Below are positions 23,801 through 36,000 of a stretch of DNA of 64,000 bases, piece by piece (position 1 is the first letter of the stretch; each line of letters starts with the position of its first letter). A program made the position numbers and the translations under genes. The DNA is from Anthoceros angustus (taxonomy: Eukaryota > Plantae > Anthocerotophyta): assembly GCA_010909165.1 (NCBI GenBank), contig VJWM01000106.1:806001-870000 (forward strand), in the 5' to 3' direction. The notes under the pieces are model-generated. The model was not told the origin of the DNA, ran no database searches, and worked only from the letters and a program-made list of their open reading frames with translations.

Positions 23801-26011
23801 GATGAGATTTTCGGAATTGCCAACTTTGTTCATCCCGTTGTCTTCGATATTTGATAACATTCAAAGCTTCTTGCCATCTACACGAGGAACATAAAAGAGT
23901 TATCATTTAATTACCATAAAATCACAACAAAAATCAAATCAGCTACCTATGAAATCCTCTTTTGAGGCACCAACTCATTGCTTGAACGCAAGCTCGTTTT
24001 AGCTTTAACTTCTCGACTCTGGCTAGCCGAATGGCATATCTCCATGTTGCCATAACTTGCTTGTATGTGAGCTTCATAATATGCAATTTGAGCGCCTCTA
24101 TCTTTTGTTCATTGTAGATCTTCTCCAGCTTGATGAAGTCCCTCCAAGTGATGAATAAATTATTTAAGACAAATAAACGTCGATGGTTGACTGCAAGCGC
24201 TATTTTCTTGCGCAATATCTGATCTCTTTTCACAAACTCAATCCATGTCTTGAAGGCTCGCTGCAGCATGCGCAACTCAGTCCTCTCTACGGCAACTTGG
24301 AACTTCTTTTGCACAATTGTTGCTATATGCCACACATGAATAACTTCGAGCAGCAGTGCCTATCATGCAAGGAATTCCTCGTCAATTCCCATTGCCTTCT
24401 TCGATCAGAGATCAACAGGACAGAAATGGGAAAGAGAACTCGTCTCACGGAACACGCGCGCAACAAGAAGGAAGGTGGTTTACATCATTCCGTCGCCTGC
24501 AGGCCCTGCGAATAAAGCGCATTCGGATGGTTGCAAGTTCGAGTGCATGAAATCCACGTTTCAGGCAATTTGCGTCGTAGAATCTATCAGCATACGATTC
24601 ATTCTCCCTCTCAATTCGAATGTCCTCCACTCCTTCCCTGAATCGTGAGCACATTCTTCGGAGAAGACATTTTTCACCCATCTTCTCAATAACTTGTTCC
24701 CGTTCGTCCTGTTAAATGGAAGCATGGCAAGTCAGGCCACTCCGATCTCACAACATCACCCTCAAAGCTTCTTCTTGTGGGTCCTAGCGCATTAGAAGCA
24801 TAGAAAGTCAAGCCTACTCCAGGCTCAACCAATTGCAGGGATTTCTATGCTAGTGTGCATTCGCGAGTCAATCTTAAACCTTTCCCAGAATGTTCCTCAG
24901 CTCACAACTGTACTCGTCTGCCTTAGTTTTCAGGTGTTCAGACTCGGATGAGAAATTTTGCAACTCCTCTTCGAGTTTCCTCCTCATCTCTGCTGACTTT
25001 TCCAACTCTGCCTGTGATTTATGAACAATCCGTGTGAGAAACTCCGTTCAAGCACAACCACACTGTAAGTTATGATGCAAGTGGAGACATATTTGGTGAG
25101 TGCTTCTTCTGATAATTGAGAACGAAGGCAAGAGTCGCCTTGCAAGAACAAAGCAAGAGTACGAAGTCACTTTTAGAGATGCTGTGTGATCCTGTGACTC
25201 CATATGCTCCCTAAGGTCTTCAGACATGTGGGAAATGTGTAGCTGGAGCTGAGACCTTTCAGCCTCAAACTCAGCGGTGCGTTTCTGCAGGATCTGTTCG
25301 ATTTCTTTCTTCTCTTTCTCAAGTGAAGTAGCCCTGAGCAGCCAGGGCAAATGACTCAAGATTGACTCAAACAGACAGTGAGGATGGACATCCCAAACAT
25401 AGAAACACCTGCCAACAAGAAGATCCTCAACATGTTTACCTCAAGCTCACCTTTGTGCTAGCCGGCGTTGCAGCTCAAGGGTTTGCTCCATATCTTCATG
25501 CAGTGTGTTCAGTTCAGCCTCTGCTCTTTCAACATTCTCATGATTCTGCTTCATGTAAAGCTCCAATCTGCCTTCATGCATCACAATGCCTGGTGCCTTA
25601 ATCTCTCATAGCTTGTCTGTGAACTACTGCAACATTCATTCATTCCCAGAATACATTTCTTCAGAGGAGGCACATGGTGGGTAACCCTGACAGCACAAAG
25701 CAACCTCCACCATGTCAGGCATTTCTCCCCCACCTTTCACGAAGCTGTTGATTGATGCTCTGCAAGCGCTGTTCGCCATCAATGTGAGCCTCCAGATCAA
25801 TCTGCAGTGCAGCAACCTGCCGCCGCAAAGTGGCTGCATCTGATGCTGGAGGCACCATCAATCCTTCCGCCCTCAGCCTGGGGCCAATTCTGGAAGAGGG
25901 GTGGGGAGTCCCATTCCCCAAGTGGGGCCCCACTTTGCCTCCGTTCACTTGGTTTGAAGGATCAAAATGCTGTCTTGGAGGGCTGGAATCATCTCCACAA
26001 CAGCCTGACAT
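20854..26011 (-). CDS. Multi-exon SFI1-like centrin-binding repeat / coiled-coil protein (exact start and some exon borders uncertain)
   Basis: N-terminal coiled coil (TLRRQVAALQIDLEAHIDGEQRLQSINQQLRER|LELYMKQNHENVERAEAEL), then Trp-anchored repeats spaced 33-34 aa that match A-x7-LL-x3-F-x2-W-K/R (e.g. AVNHRRLFVLNNLFITWR, CLKRGFHRWQ, WRAVMKTWR), then further coiled coil and a Ser/Thr-rich tail. GT-AG introns are visible between the track ORF fragments. Confidence 0.75.
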
Positions 26012-29000
26012 GGGCTTCGCCACGCCCACAACCTTCTGTACAGGGTTGGCAACGGCACAACTTCTCCCACACCGAACATTCGCTGGTCCAGTGTGCCTCC
26101 CAAGTCCAGCTCCACAGCCTCCTCCCTACATCATCAGAAGACAAGCGTTACCTACCGACCCATGAAAAAAATTCCACGCAAAACAGCAGCAACACAGCCC
26201 TCGTGCCTCACCTGAGACTTTGGGTGAATAAACGGCTCCGCAGAACTGGGCCTAGCGGGCAGCACACGAGAAGCGTCCATGTCCATTGTCTCTGTTCTAA
26301 GAGAAGATGCAGCTGTGACAGCAGAATGCAGCGTTAGTTAAGTAACCAACCACCCACATAGCTTCTATCTTGCCATTTCAGCTCCTTCTAGCTCATACGA
26401 GCTTCCCAGAGAGACCACATCGTACCAGACCCAGATGCAGCCTTGATGTCGGCTGCAATTAAATGCTTAATCCAAACATCGACACAGCCCCATGTGCTTG
26501 AGCTACAGCAGCAGCAAGCCAAGAAAGCCCCTTCCTTCAGTCCAAGTCATGGCATGCCTAAGTCAAGCCTAAAGCCATCTCAGGGCCCTGGATGTCATTT
26601 TGGATTTCTTGGTTGCAACCGGGTGTTTTCATTCTTGCACTCACTGCTACACCGATATTTCCGGTTCCTGAGAATAGCAAAAGCTTTTGTGCAAGAATCA
26701 AAATGCTGTCTTGGAGGGCTGGAATCATCTCCACAACAGCCTGACATGGGCTTCGCCACGCCCACAACCTTCTGTACAGGGTTGGCAACGGCACAACTTC
26801 TCCCACACCGAACATTCGCTGGTCCAGTGTGCCTCCCAAGTCCAGCTCCACAGCCTCCTCCCTACATCATCAGAAGACAAGCGTTACCTACCGACCCATG
26901 AAAAAAAATTCCACGCAAAACAGCAGCAACACAGCCCTCGTGCCTCACCTGAGACTTTGGGTGAATAAACGGCTCCGCAGAACTGGGCCTAGCGGGCAGC
27001 ACACGAGAAGCGTCCATGTCCATTGTCTCTGTTCTAAGAGAAGATGCAGCTGTGACAGCAGAATGCAGCGTTAGTTAAGTAACCAACCACCCACATAGCT
27101 TCTATCTTGCCATTTCAGCTCCTTCTAGCTCATACGAGCTTCCCAGAGAGACCACATCGTACCAGACCCAGATGCAGCCTTGATGTCGGCTGCAATTAAA
27201 TGCTTAATCCAAACATCGACACAGCCCCATGTGCTTGAGCTACAGCAGCAGCAAGCCAAGAAAGCCCCTTCCTTCAGTCCAAGTCATGGCATGCCTAAGT
27301 TGGTTAAGCTTGCCATCTCAGGGCCCTGGATGTCATTTTGGATTTCTTGGTTGCAACTGCAGGTGTTTTCATTCTTGCACTGCTACACACCGATATTTCC
27401 GGTTCCTGAGAATAGCAAAAGCTTTTGTGCAAGAAATCCAAAATGAGGCCACCTAATTCGCTTTCAAAAGGCCTGCAACTGCAAGCTGCAACTGCAACTG
27501 CTGTTGATACCGTGAATGGGCAGAAGCCGCCTGAACTACAGTCAGAGCCAGAACCTGGTCTGTGGGCTGCGCTAAAATCAGGGGCTTGGGCTCTGAAAAT
27601 GCAGGGCTCCGACGGGTTCATACAGAACTCAAGCGTGGAGACACTGGGGAAGTGATGGAGCGGACAATGAAGCAGGGGCGGGGGCTCGGGTTGTTGTGTG
27701 CTTCTGAACCCAGTCCTGCCTGCCTGCTGTGTGATCCTGGGTATAAGAGACTCAAGGAGCCATCCTGGGGCAGAAAGCTTGGCGGGTTAGAATCCTGCTG
27801 TGCAGTCTGGGTCCGCAGATGGGTAGCAGAGACCTCGGTGCTGGAGCAGGAAGTGAAAGGTAACTGGGCTTTTCTGGACCGGTTCTACATGCAGGAGAAA
27901 AGCTACGTAAAAGTGGGTGTCTTGATACTCCTAGATTTTTGGACTTGGCAGGCTACGGACTATGGGTAGGGACGTTTGTGGGGTGGAGAGGTCATACAAG
28001 GAGGGAAGTCTGCTGGCTGCCCTTGACATCATGGACCAGCAGGGAAGCGTGCCTTCAGTGCAGGTTTACAAGGACCTGCTGCAGGCTTGCATGAAAAACA
28101 AGGACCTGGTTCAGGCCAAGCAAGTACATGCCCATTTGGAAAGGCATGGGTTGGAGTCTCACAGGTACTTGGGGGACCTTGTGGTGACCACCCTGGTGAA
28201 TTGTGGGAGGCTTGAGGATGGACTTCCTCTGTTTCAGAAATTGTCTCTGGACAGTTCATTCTTGGACAGCTATTATATCAGGGTATAGTAATGCTGGACA
28301 ATGTGGAGGCACCATCAATCCTTCCGCCCTCAGCCTGGGGCCAATTCTGGAAGAGGGGTGGGGAGTCCCATTCCCCAAGTGGGGCCCCACTTTGCCTCCG
28401 TTCACTTGGTTTGAAGGATCAAAATGCTGTCTTGGAGGGCTGGAATCATCTCCACAACAGCCTGACATGGGCTTCGCCACGCCCACAACCTTCTGTACAG
28501 GGTTGGCAACGGCACAACTTCTCCCACACCGAACATTCGCTGGTCCAGTGTGCCTCCCAAGTCCAGCTCCACAGCCTCCTCCCTACATCATCAGAAGACA
28601 AGCGTTACCTACCGACCCATGAAAAAAAATTCCACGCAAAACAGCAGCAACACAGCCCTCGTGCCTCACCTGAGACTTTGGGTGAATAAACGGCTCAGAA
28701 CTGGGCCTAGCGGGCAGCACACGAGAAGCGTCCATGTCCATTGTCTCTGTTCTAAGAGAAGATGCTGTGACAGCAGAATGCAGCGTTAGTTAAGTAACCA
28801 ACCACCCACATAGCTTCTATCTTGCCATTTCAGCTCCTTCTAGCTCATACGAGCTTCCCAGAGACCACATCTTAGACCCAGATGCAGCCTTGATGTCGGC
28901 TGCAATTAAATGCTTAATCCAAACATCGACACAGCCCCATGTGCTTGAGCTACAGCAGCAGCAAGCCAAGAAAGCCCCTTCCTTCAGTCCAAGTCATGGC

Positions 29001-30031
29001 ATGCCTAAGTCAAGCCTAAGCTTGCCATCTCAGGGCCCTGGATGTCATTTTGGATTTCTTGGTTGCAACTGCAGGTGTTTTCATTTCTTGCACTCGCTAC
29101 ACACCGATATTTCCGGTTCCTGAGAATAGCAAAAGCTTTTGTGCAAGAAATCCAAAATGAGGCCACCTAATTCGCTTTCAAAAAAAGGCCTGCAACTGCA
29201 AGCTGCAACTGCAACTGCTGTTGATACCGTGAAATGGGCAGAAGCCGCCTGAACCACAGTCAGAGCCAGAACCTGGTCTGTGGGCTGCGCTAAAATCAGG
29301 GGCTTGGGCTCTCCGAAAATGCAGGGCTCCGACGGGTTCATACAGAACTCAAGCGTGGAGACACTGGGGAAGTGATGGAGCGGACAATGAAGCAGGGGGC
29401 GGGGGGCTCGGGTTGTTGTGTGCTTCTGAACCCAGTCCTGCCTGCCCGCTGTGCGGATCCTGGGTATAAGAGACTCAAGGAGCCATCCTGGGGCAGAAAG
29501 CTTGGCGGGTTAGAATCCCCGCTGTGCAGTCTGGGTCCGCAGATGGGTAGCAGAGACCTCGGTGCTGGAGCAGGAAGTGAAAGGTAACTGGGCTTTTCTT
29601 CTGGACCGGTTCTACATGCAGGAGAAAAGCTACGTAAAAGTGGGTGTCTTGATACTCCTAGATTTTTGGACTTGGCAGGCTACGGACTATGGGTAGGGAC
29701 GTTTGTGGGGTGGAGAGGTCATACAAGGAGGGAAGTCTGCTGGCTGCCCTTGACATCATGGACCAGCAGGGAAGCGTGCCTTCAGTGCAGGTTTACAAGG
29801 ACCTGCTGCAGGCTTGCATGAAAAACAAGGACCTGGTTCAGGCTGCCCATTTGGAAAGGCATGGGTTGGAGTCTCACAGGTACTTGGGGGACCTTGTGGT
29901 GACCACCCTGGTGAATTGTGGGAGGCTTGAGGATGGACTTCCTCTGTTTCAGAAATTGTCTCACCGGACAGTTCATTCTTGGACAGCTATTATATCAGGG
30001 TATAGTAATGCTGGACAATGTGGGGAGGCAC
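25848..30031. repeat. Nested tandem duplication: ~1.72-kb unit twice, with an inner ~736-bp segment present three times
   Basis: GGAGGCAC at 25848, 28305 and 30024 marks the outer junctions; CAAAATG at 25963 and 26699 marks the inner duplication. It spans the head-to-head 5' ends of the SFI1-like and PPR genes. Confidence 0.92.
27962..28312 (+). pseudogene. Truncated duplicate of the 5' end of the PPR gene at 29689
   Basis: MGRDVCGVERSYKEG...LPLFQKLS identical to 29689 except that it retains KQVH; it frameshifts and then joins the SFI1-like 5' sequence at GGAGGCAC. Confidence 0.85.
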
Positions 30032-33003
30032 TTTTGTGCTATGAGCAGATGCTGCAAGAAGGTGTGCAACCGAACAATCATACTCTTGCCAGCTTACTCA
30101 AAGTATGCAGCAGGCTAGGAGATTTGGAACAGGGCAAGCGTATTCATGCTGATGTTCTCAGACTTGGGTTTGAGTCCGACATGTTTGTCACTAACACTCT
30201 GCTAAGTATGTACGCAAAGTGTGGGAGCATCATTAATGCTCGACAGGTGTTTGATCGTTTGTCTGGCCGCAATGTGGTATCCTGGAATGCAATGCTCGCA
30301 GCATATGCTCAGCAGGACCAAGGGGAGAAGGCATTGGAGCTTTATGCTGAAATGCGAGCTCAAGGCGTCAAGCCAACTGCTCGGACTTTTGTGAGCGTCA
30401 TACAAGCTTGTGGCAACCTTGCTGACAAGGAAGAAAGCAGACTTGATCATGGAAGACAGCTTAAAGTGAACTCACTAGAACGGGGGAAGGAAATGCATAG
30501 GGAAGCTGTTCAGTGGGGATGTGAAGCAGATCCATTTCTTGGCAACAGTCTGGTCACTATGTATGCAAAGTGTGGGAGCATAAGTGATGCTCAAGAGGCG
30601 TTCAACAAATTGTCTCAGCCCAATGAAGTTTCATGGAATGCGCTGCTTGATGCGTATGTTCAGCAGGACGAAGGAGAGAAGGTACTACAAATCTATGCGC
30701 ATATGCAAGATGAAGGCATCAGGCCTGAGGCTCGAACCTTTGTCATTGTGCTCCAAGCATGCAGTTCACTTGCAGAAAAGGAGAAGGGTACCATGGACGG
30801 TGGAAATAATATCAAGGTGGAGACACTGAGAGTTGCCAGGGAAATCCATTCTGAAGCTGCTAGAAGTGGTTATGAAACGGATCTTTTTGTTGCTAACACA
30901 TTGCTCACTGCATATGCTAAGTGTGGGAGTACTACGCTCGCTCAACATGTGTTTGAAAGACTGCCCCACCACGATGTGGTGTCATGGACTGCAATGATCG
31001 CAGCATATGTTGAGCAGGGGCAGGGAGAGAAAGGTTTGCAGATGTATGCCAAAATGCTACAGCAAGGCATCAGACCAGATGCTCGGGTATTTGTTAGTGC
31101 TCTTCAAGCCTGTGGCGCCTTTGCAGAACAGGAGGAAAGTGTTCCTGTGGATGGGAATAATTTGAAAGTGGAGGCACTGTGGAGGGGGAAGGAGATACAC
31201 GCTGAAGTTGCTGCCAGGGGTTATGAATCAGATATGTTTGTTGCTAGTGCTTTGATTAGCATGTATGCCAAGTGTGGCAGCATCAACCATTCAGAATGGG
31301 TTTTCCACAGATTATCTCGTGTCAATTCAGTGCCATGGAATACGATGCTTGCAGCATATGCTCAGAATGACAAATGTAAGAAGGCCTTGTGGGTTTTTTC
31401 ACAGATGCAGGAGGAAGGCATCAAGCTGGAGGCTCGGACCTTTGTTAGTGCCCTTCAAGCATGTAGCACCCTTGCGGAGAACGAGGAGAGTCTACTGATT
31501 GATGGGCAGAGTGTGAAGGTGGAGTCGCTGAGAACTGGGAAGGCTGTCCATGGTAATGCCATAGTTGCAGGCTATAAATCGGACGTCTTTGTTGGTAGCA
31601 CTTTGGTCAGGATGTATGCAAAATGTGGGAGCCTCTATGATGCACGTCATGTATTTGACAGATTGCTGCACCGAGATGTGGTTTCCTGGAATGCAATGAT
31701 TGCAGCATATGCTCAGCAGGATCAAGGAGAAAAAGCATTGCATCTTTATGGCGAGATGATGGACGATGGTGTCACTCCTGAGGCTCGCACTCTTGTCTGT
31801 GCGCTTCAAGCCTGTAACACCCTTGCAGATAAAGAAGAAGGCTCATTTGAAAGGGGAAAACGGGTCAAACTGAATTCACTGCAGAAAGGCAAGGAGATTC
31901 ATGCAGATGCTGCTCGTCAGGGATTGGAGACAGACTTCTTTGTGGGCAGCACATTGGTGAGCATGTATGCAAAGTGTGGCAGTGTTGAGGAAGCATGGCA
32001 TGTCTTTGAAGGATTGCCTGATCGGCATGTGGTGTCCTGGAATGCAATGATTGCAGCATATGCTCAGGAGGACCAAGGTGAGAAGGCTTTGCAGGTCTAT
32101 GGGCAAATGCAAGAGAAAGGTGTGATACCGGATGAGGCTACATTTCTCTCTGTACTAGAGGCTTGTGGCAGTGTTGGAGCGCTGCATAGTTGTGTCCTCG
32201 CCCATCAAAGCCTTGTGCAGAGAGGCCTACAAACTCAGCGTGTCATTGCAAATAGCCTCATTCATGCCTATGGCAAATGCGGGAGCATGGTGGATGCCCA
32301 GTACGTGTTTGACTCACTCTCTGACCCTGATGTAGTGTCATGGACTTCACTGATAGCAGGGCATTCCCGACAAGGAGACCATGAGAAGAGCATTTTGCTC
32401 TATGGCAACATGAAGGACGCTGGTGTGAGGCCGAATCAAGTTACGTTTCTGGCTCTCCTTTCTGCCTGTAGTCATGCCGGAATGGTGGAAAGAGGGTTGC
32501 AATACTTTGAAAGCATGACCAGGGACTGTGGCATTCCGGCTGAATTGGAGCACTACGTGTGCATGATAGACCTCCTTGGACGTGCAGGACGTTTGAGTGA
32601 AGCAGAGGATTTGCTATCCAGAATGCCGATGCACCCTACGTTGCCCGTGTGGTTGTCCTTGTTGGGTGCCTGTCGAAAGCATAGCCTTGTGGAGCTGGCA
32701 AGACGTGCTTTCGATGGGGCGGTGGTTTTAGAGCCTGGAAAAGCAGCAGCCTATGGGCTTATGTCCAACATATATGCCGATGCAGGTATGTGGGACCATG
32801 TGAAGGAAATAGACGCGCTGAGACAAGAAGCAGGCGCATGGAAAAAACCAGGGCAGAGTTGGCTCGAGCATGAACAAAAGGTCTACACATTTCTCGTAGA
32901 AGATCGTAGACATGCACAACAAGCACAGCTGTACGCATTGCTGAGCCAACTGAAATCAGAGATGGAGGGAGCTGGTAAGTGTGTCTTACCTTCAGTGAAG
33001 TGA
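29689..33003 (+). CDS. PLS-class PPR protein with five long (~51-aa) L motifs, E1/E2/E+ (PG box)
   Basis: 1104-aa intronless ORF with MYAKCGS / VVSWNAMIAAY repeats, EHYVCMIDLLGRAG and KKPGQSWLEH; it stops before the HxE/CxxC deaminase motifs. Confidence 0.93.
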   Translation: MGRDVCGVERSYKEGSLLAALDIMDQQGSVPSVQVYKDLLQACMKNKDLVQAAHLERHGLESHRYLGDLVVTTLVNCGRLEDGLPLFQKLSHRTVHSWTAIISGYSNAGQCGEALLCYEQMLQEGVQPNNHTLASLLKVCSRLGDLEQGKRIHADVLRLGFESDMFVTNTLLSMYAKCGSIINARQVFDRLSGRNVVSWNAMLAAYAQQDQGEKALELYAEMRAQGVKPTARTFVSVIQACGNLADKEESRLDHGRQLKVNSLERGKEMHREAVQWGCEADPFLGNSLVTMYAKCGSISDAQEAFNKLSQPNEVSWNALLDAYVQQDEGEKVLQIYAHMQDEGIRPEARTFVIVLQACSSLAEKEKGTMDGGNNIKVETLRVAREIHSEAARSGYETDLFVANTLLTAYAKCGSTTLAQHVFERLPHHDVVSWTAMIAAYVEQGQGEKGLQMYAKMLQQGIRPDARVFVSALQACGAFAEQEESVPVDGNNLKVEALWRGKEIHAEVAARGYESDMFVASALISMYAKCGSINHSEWVFHRLSRVNSVPWNTMLAAYAQNDKCKKALWVFSQMQEEGIKLEARTFVSALQACSTLAENEESLLIDGQSVKVESLRTGKAVHGNAIVAGYKSDVFVGSTLVRMYAKCGSLYDARHVFDRLLHRDVVSWNAMIAAYAQQDQGEKALHLYGEMMDDGVTPEARTLVCALQACNTLADKEEGSFERGKRVKLNSLQKGKEIHADAARQGLETDFFVGSTLVSMYAKCGSVEEAWHVFEGLPDRHVVSWNAMIAAYAQEDQGEKALQVYGQMQEKGVIPDEATFLSVLEACGSVGALHSCVLAHQSLVQRGLQTQRVIANSLIHAYGKCGSMVDAQYVFDSLSDPDVVSWTSLIAGHSRQGDHEKSILLYGNMKDAGVRPNQVTFLALLSACSHAGMVERGLQYFESMTRDCGIPAELEHYVCMIDLLGRAGRLSEAEDLLSRMPMHPTLPVWLSLLGACRKHSLVELARRAFDGAVVLEPGKAAAYGLMSNIYADAGMWDHVKEIDALRQEAGAWKKPGQSWLEHEQKVYTFLVEDRRHAQQAQLYALLSQLKSEMEGAGKCVLPSVK

Positions 33004-36000
33004 ATTCATCCAAGATATTCCTTGCTTGACTCTCAGGCCCAAGTTCGATGAACCTCGAATCTCAGACCAAGTTTGAGACCCAGGACATCAAGCTGATTTG
33101 TTCATAGCCTTGGATGGAAGTTTCTCACGGAGTGTTTGCAGACTTAGTCAGAATTTGAAAGCAGGGGGGAATGCCATGATAACAGGGTTTTCCCAGCGGA
33201 ATGGGGCGAAGAAGCCCTGGAGCAACACCCCCTTTTCAGCGAGGTGGGGCAGTACGCAGGTAGCGACAAAAACATCACCAGCACTAGCCCTCCAAGTATC
33301 CCGCCGTCCTTCCACGGGACGACTCGCAGTCAGCACGTCTGCCGTTGCTGTTTATTCCAACAAGAGTCAGCAAGAATACATGATAAATGAGAGAGAGGTC
33401 CTCATCTTTGCCTAAGCTAGGAGCTTAACTCTCTCCCCTCAATCTCTTCCTCAAATAGCTCTTTTCTAGCATGTTCACACTCTAGGCTCCTAAGGCCTCT
33501 AGGCACCACAGTCCTATCCTCACAAGAGTACAGCTCCCAAGTGCCAGAATCATAGGATGTTTCTCTAAGGCTAGCCTCACCTCCTTTTACAGGGAGGCTT
33601 ACAACATTCTCAAAAGTAACTGCGAAAAGCAGACTTTCTTCCTTAAGTCCTAAGCTAAGTTTTACTACCACTACTTATAACTTACTAACTAGATCCAGGG
33701 CTGCATGCCTCTCATGCAAGGCTTCTTACTTCTGGGGTGTATAATATATATTGATCACCTTATTATTGAATTTTTATCAAAATAGAGATAACAAAGTCAT
33801 CGCTTCAGGGAGTGACATCCTTCATTGGAGCTCCACAGTCAAGCGACCTTAGGTCGGATCAACCCATTCCCCAACTATAAATCATGTTCTCATCTCCGCG
33901 GCCAACGGTTAGGAAACCACCAGCTGCTAGTACCCTGCGGGGTTACTTGAGATTAAACTCCTAGTGCAGACTTAAATGTACACTTTGAAATATATATATA
34001 AAGTCTTTAAATATAGATAACAAAATATTAGTAGTAAAGTTTATTTTGAATATATCATGTGAAAGTCCCTTGCCCTCCTCGATTTTTTGACTCTTACACC
34101 TTAGCATATGATGTAAGAGCACTATTCAAAAAGATTGATACAAGGGCCCTGGTCAAAAACAATTCAAGACCATTGATTTGAACCAATGTCACAACTTCGC
34201 TTGTGCAGCTCAGCCTCAAGGAGTCAGGCATACTAAAGAACATATATGTGCATGGCTGGTTTAGTCAGCATACTGTAATTTTGTCATTTTTAGATGTATA
34301 TCATCAGATATAAATCAAGTGTAGATACACGGCATTCTGCTTAGCTGTAGAGCAAGTATAGATACACGATATTATGCTCGCTTAATCGATACGAACCCTA
34401 GAAAGCAAGTTGCTAGAGATCAAGGGAGCAAGACAGTGCACTGCACATGAGCACATGAGCGCGAAGATTTCATCATGAGAGGAGCGGGCCTACGTAGTCA
34501 TGTGATAGAATGGGCTCCGAACGAGATAAAACCTGGCTATTGTAAGAACGTACTCCATTAGTTATTAGAAGTTTGGTGAAGTAGAAGAGAACACTGGAAT
34601 TGTTGTTTTTACAATCTGAGATATTGAAGTGAATTGAAGAACCGTTGCTGAAAGCGAACTCGCTGCAACTCATTGTGCAATGCTCGTATGAACACTTTGT
34701 CTGCATCATGTTAAAAAGAGAAACTACAATCTGACAATCTTCAGATGACCTCATTCTCATTTTTTGCTTTGAGAGCATCATTTAGACCTGAATATTGGCA
34801 AAGGTGTATGTATGTGCTTGAGTTTCGCTGTTGGCTAATGAGCAGCCACCCGTCAGCAAAGTGGTTGGAGTTCTTCCATGGGCAAGTTGTTAAAGGCGCT
34901 GGTCATGAAGACTTCAACTGATTTGGACTACGGTGGTTCGAGTGTTCCCATGGGCCAGTTTTGATGTGGCGATACCGCCTCCTCACCATTCAAGTTATTT
35001 GCTAGTTAATGTAAGCTTAAAATGAGGTGTGTTGAGATACTAGCTCCTCACCATTCGAGCGGGTATTAATGCAACCTTAATAACTAGTTTTTTGTGGTGG
35101 TATCAAATCGTCACTATCAACTTGTATACCATTGCAAGCTTGAAGATGAGTTTCGGTGTGGAGGCACCTAACGCACCTACTGCCTCCTTACTATCTGACT
35201 CATGCACTAAGTACTGCAAGCTTAAAAACGAGTCACCGCTTGACAGGTTGACTGGTCCCTAAATTGGGTGGCAGCTCAGTTGTGCCAGTGTCTGTCTGAG
35301 CCTCACCAGATGTTATGGTGAAGAGGTTTATATTGTCATCCTGGACAATGCCCCTTACCTTTGTTTTTGGTGTTTTTTAAAGTTCTTAAGAGATTTGTAT
35401 TATATATATTATATATTATTGATAAAAGCAGAATATATCATTGATAAAAGCAGAATATTTTTGTCAAAAAAAAAAGGGAAACTAGGTGTAGTGTGGTGGT
35501 ACCAACTCCTCACCATCCAAGTCATATATTAATGGAAGCTTAAAACCTCACCAACAAATAATTTCCACATACAAAAGCTAAGACAACAAACCTAGACATT
35601 TAGATGGCGTTTTGCATTATTCAAGCATTTTTCCACTAGGTACTCGTTGCAAAGTAATGGGCGTTTTATTGAATATGTACAAGTGGTATATATTGCAAGC
35701 AAGATAAAACTCACCAGGTAAAACTCATATTGTCCCCGTTGCCTCTAGAACACAGCGCACAACTAAATTCACTCCATTTTATGTAAGGCATTTAGGGTGC
35801 ACGCACTCAACAATGATTCCAAGGGGCAGATATGTACAGCAGGAAAAAAAAATACAAGCATATAACGAAAAACACTTCCATTGTTTCAGCTCTAATAGCA
35901 CTCGCGATTCAAACTCAATAACTTGCAGAATATAAAGGATCGAACATGTACACAATAAGGAACCAAACCATCAAAAATAACATGTAGTAATGTTAATTAT

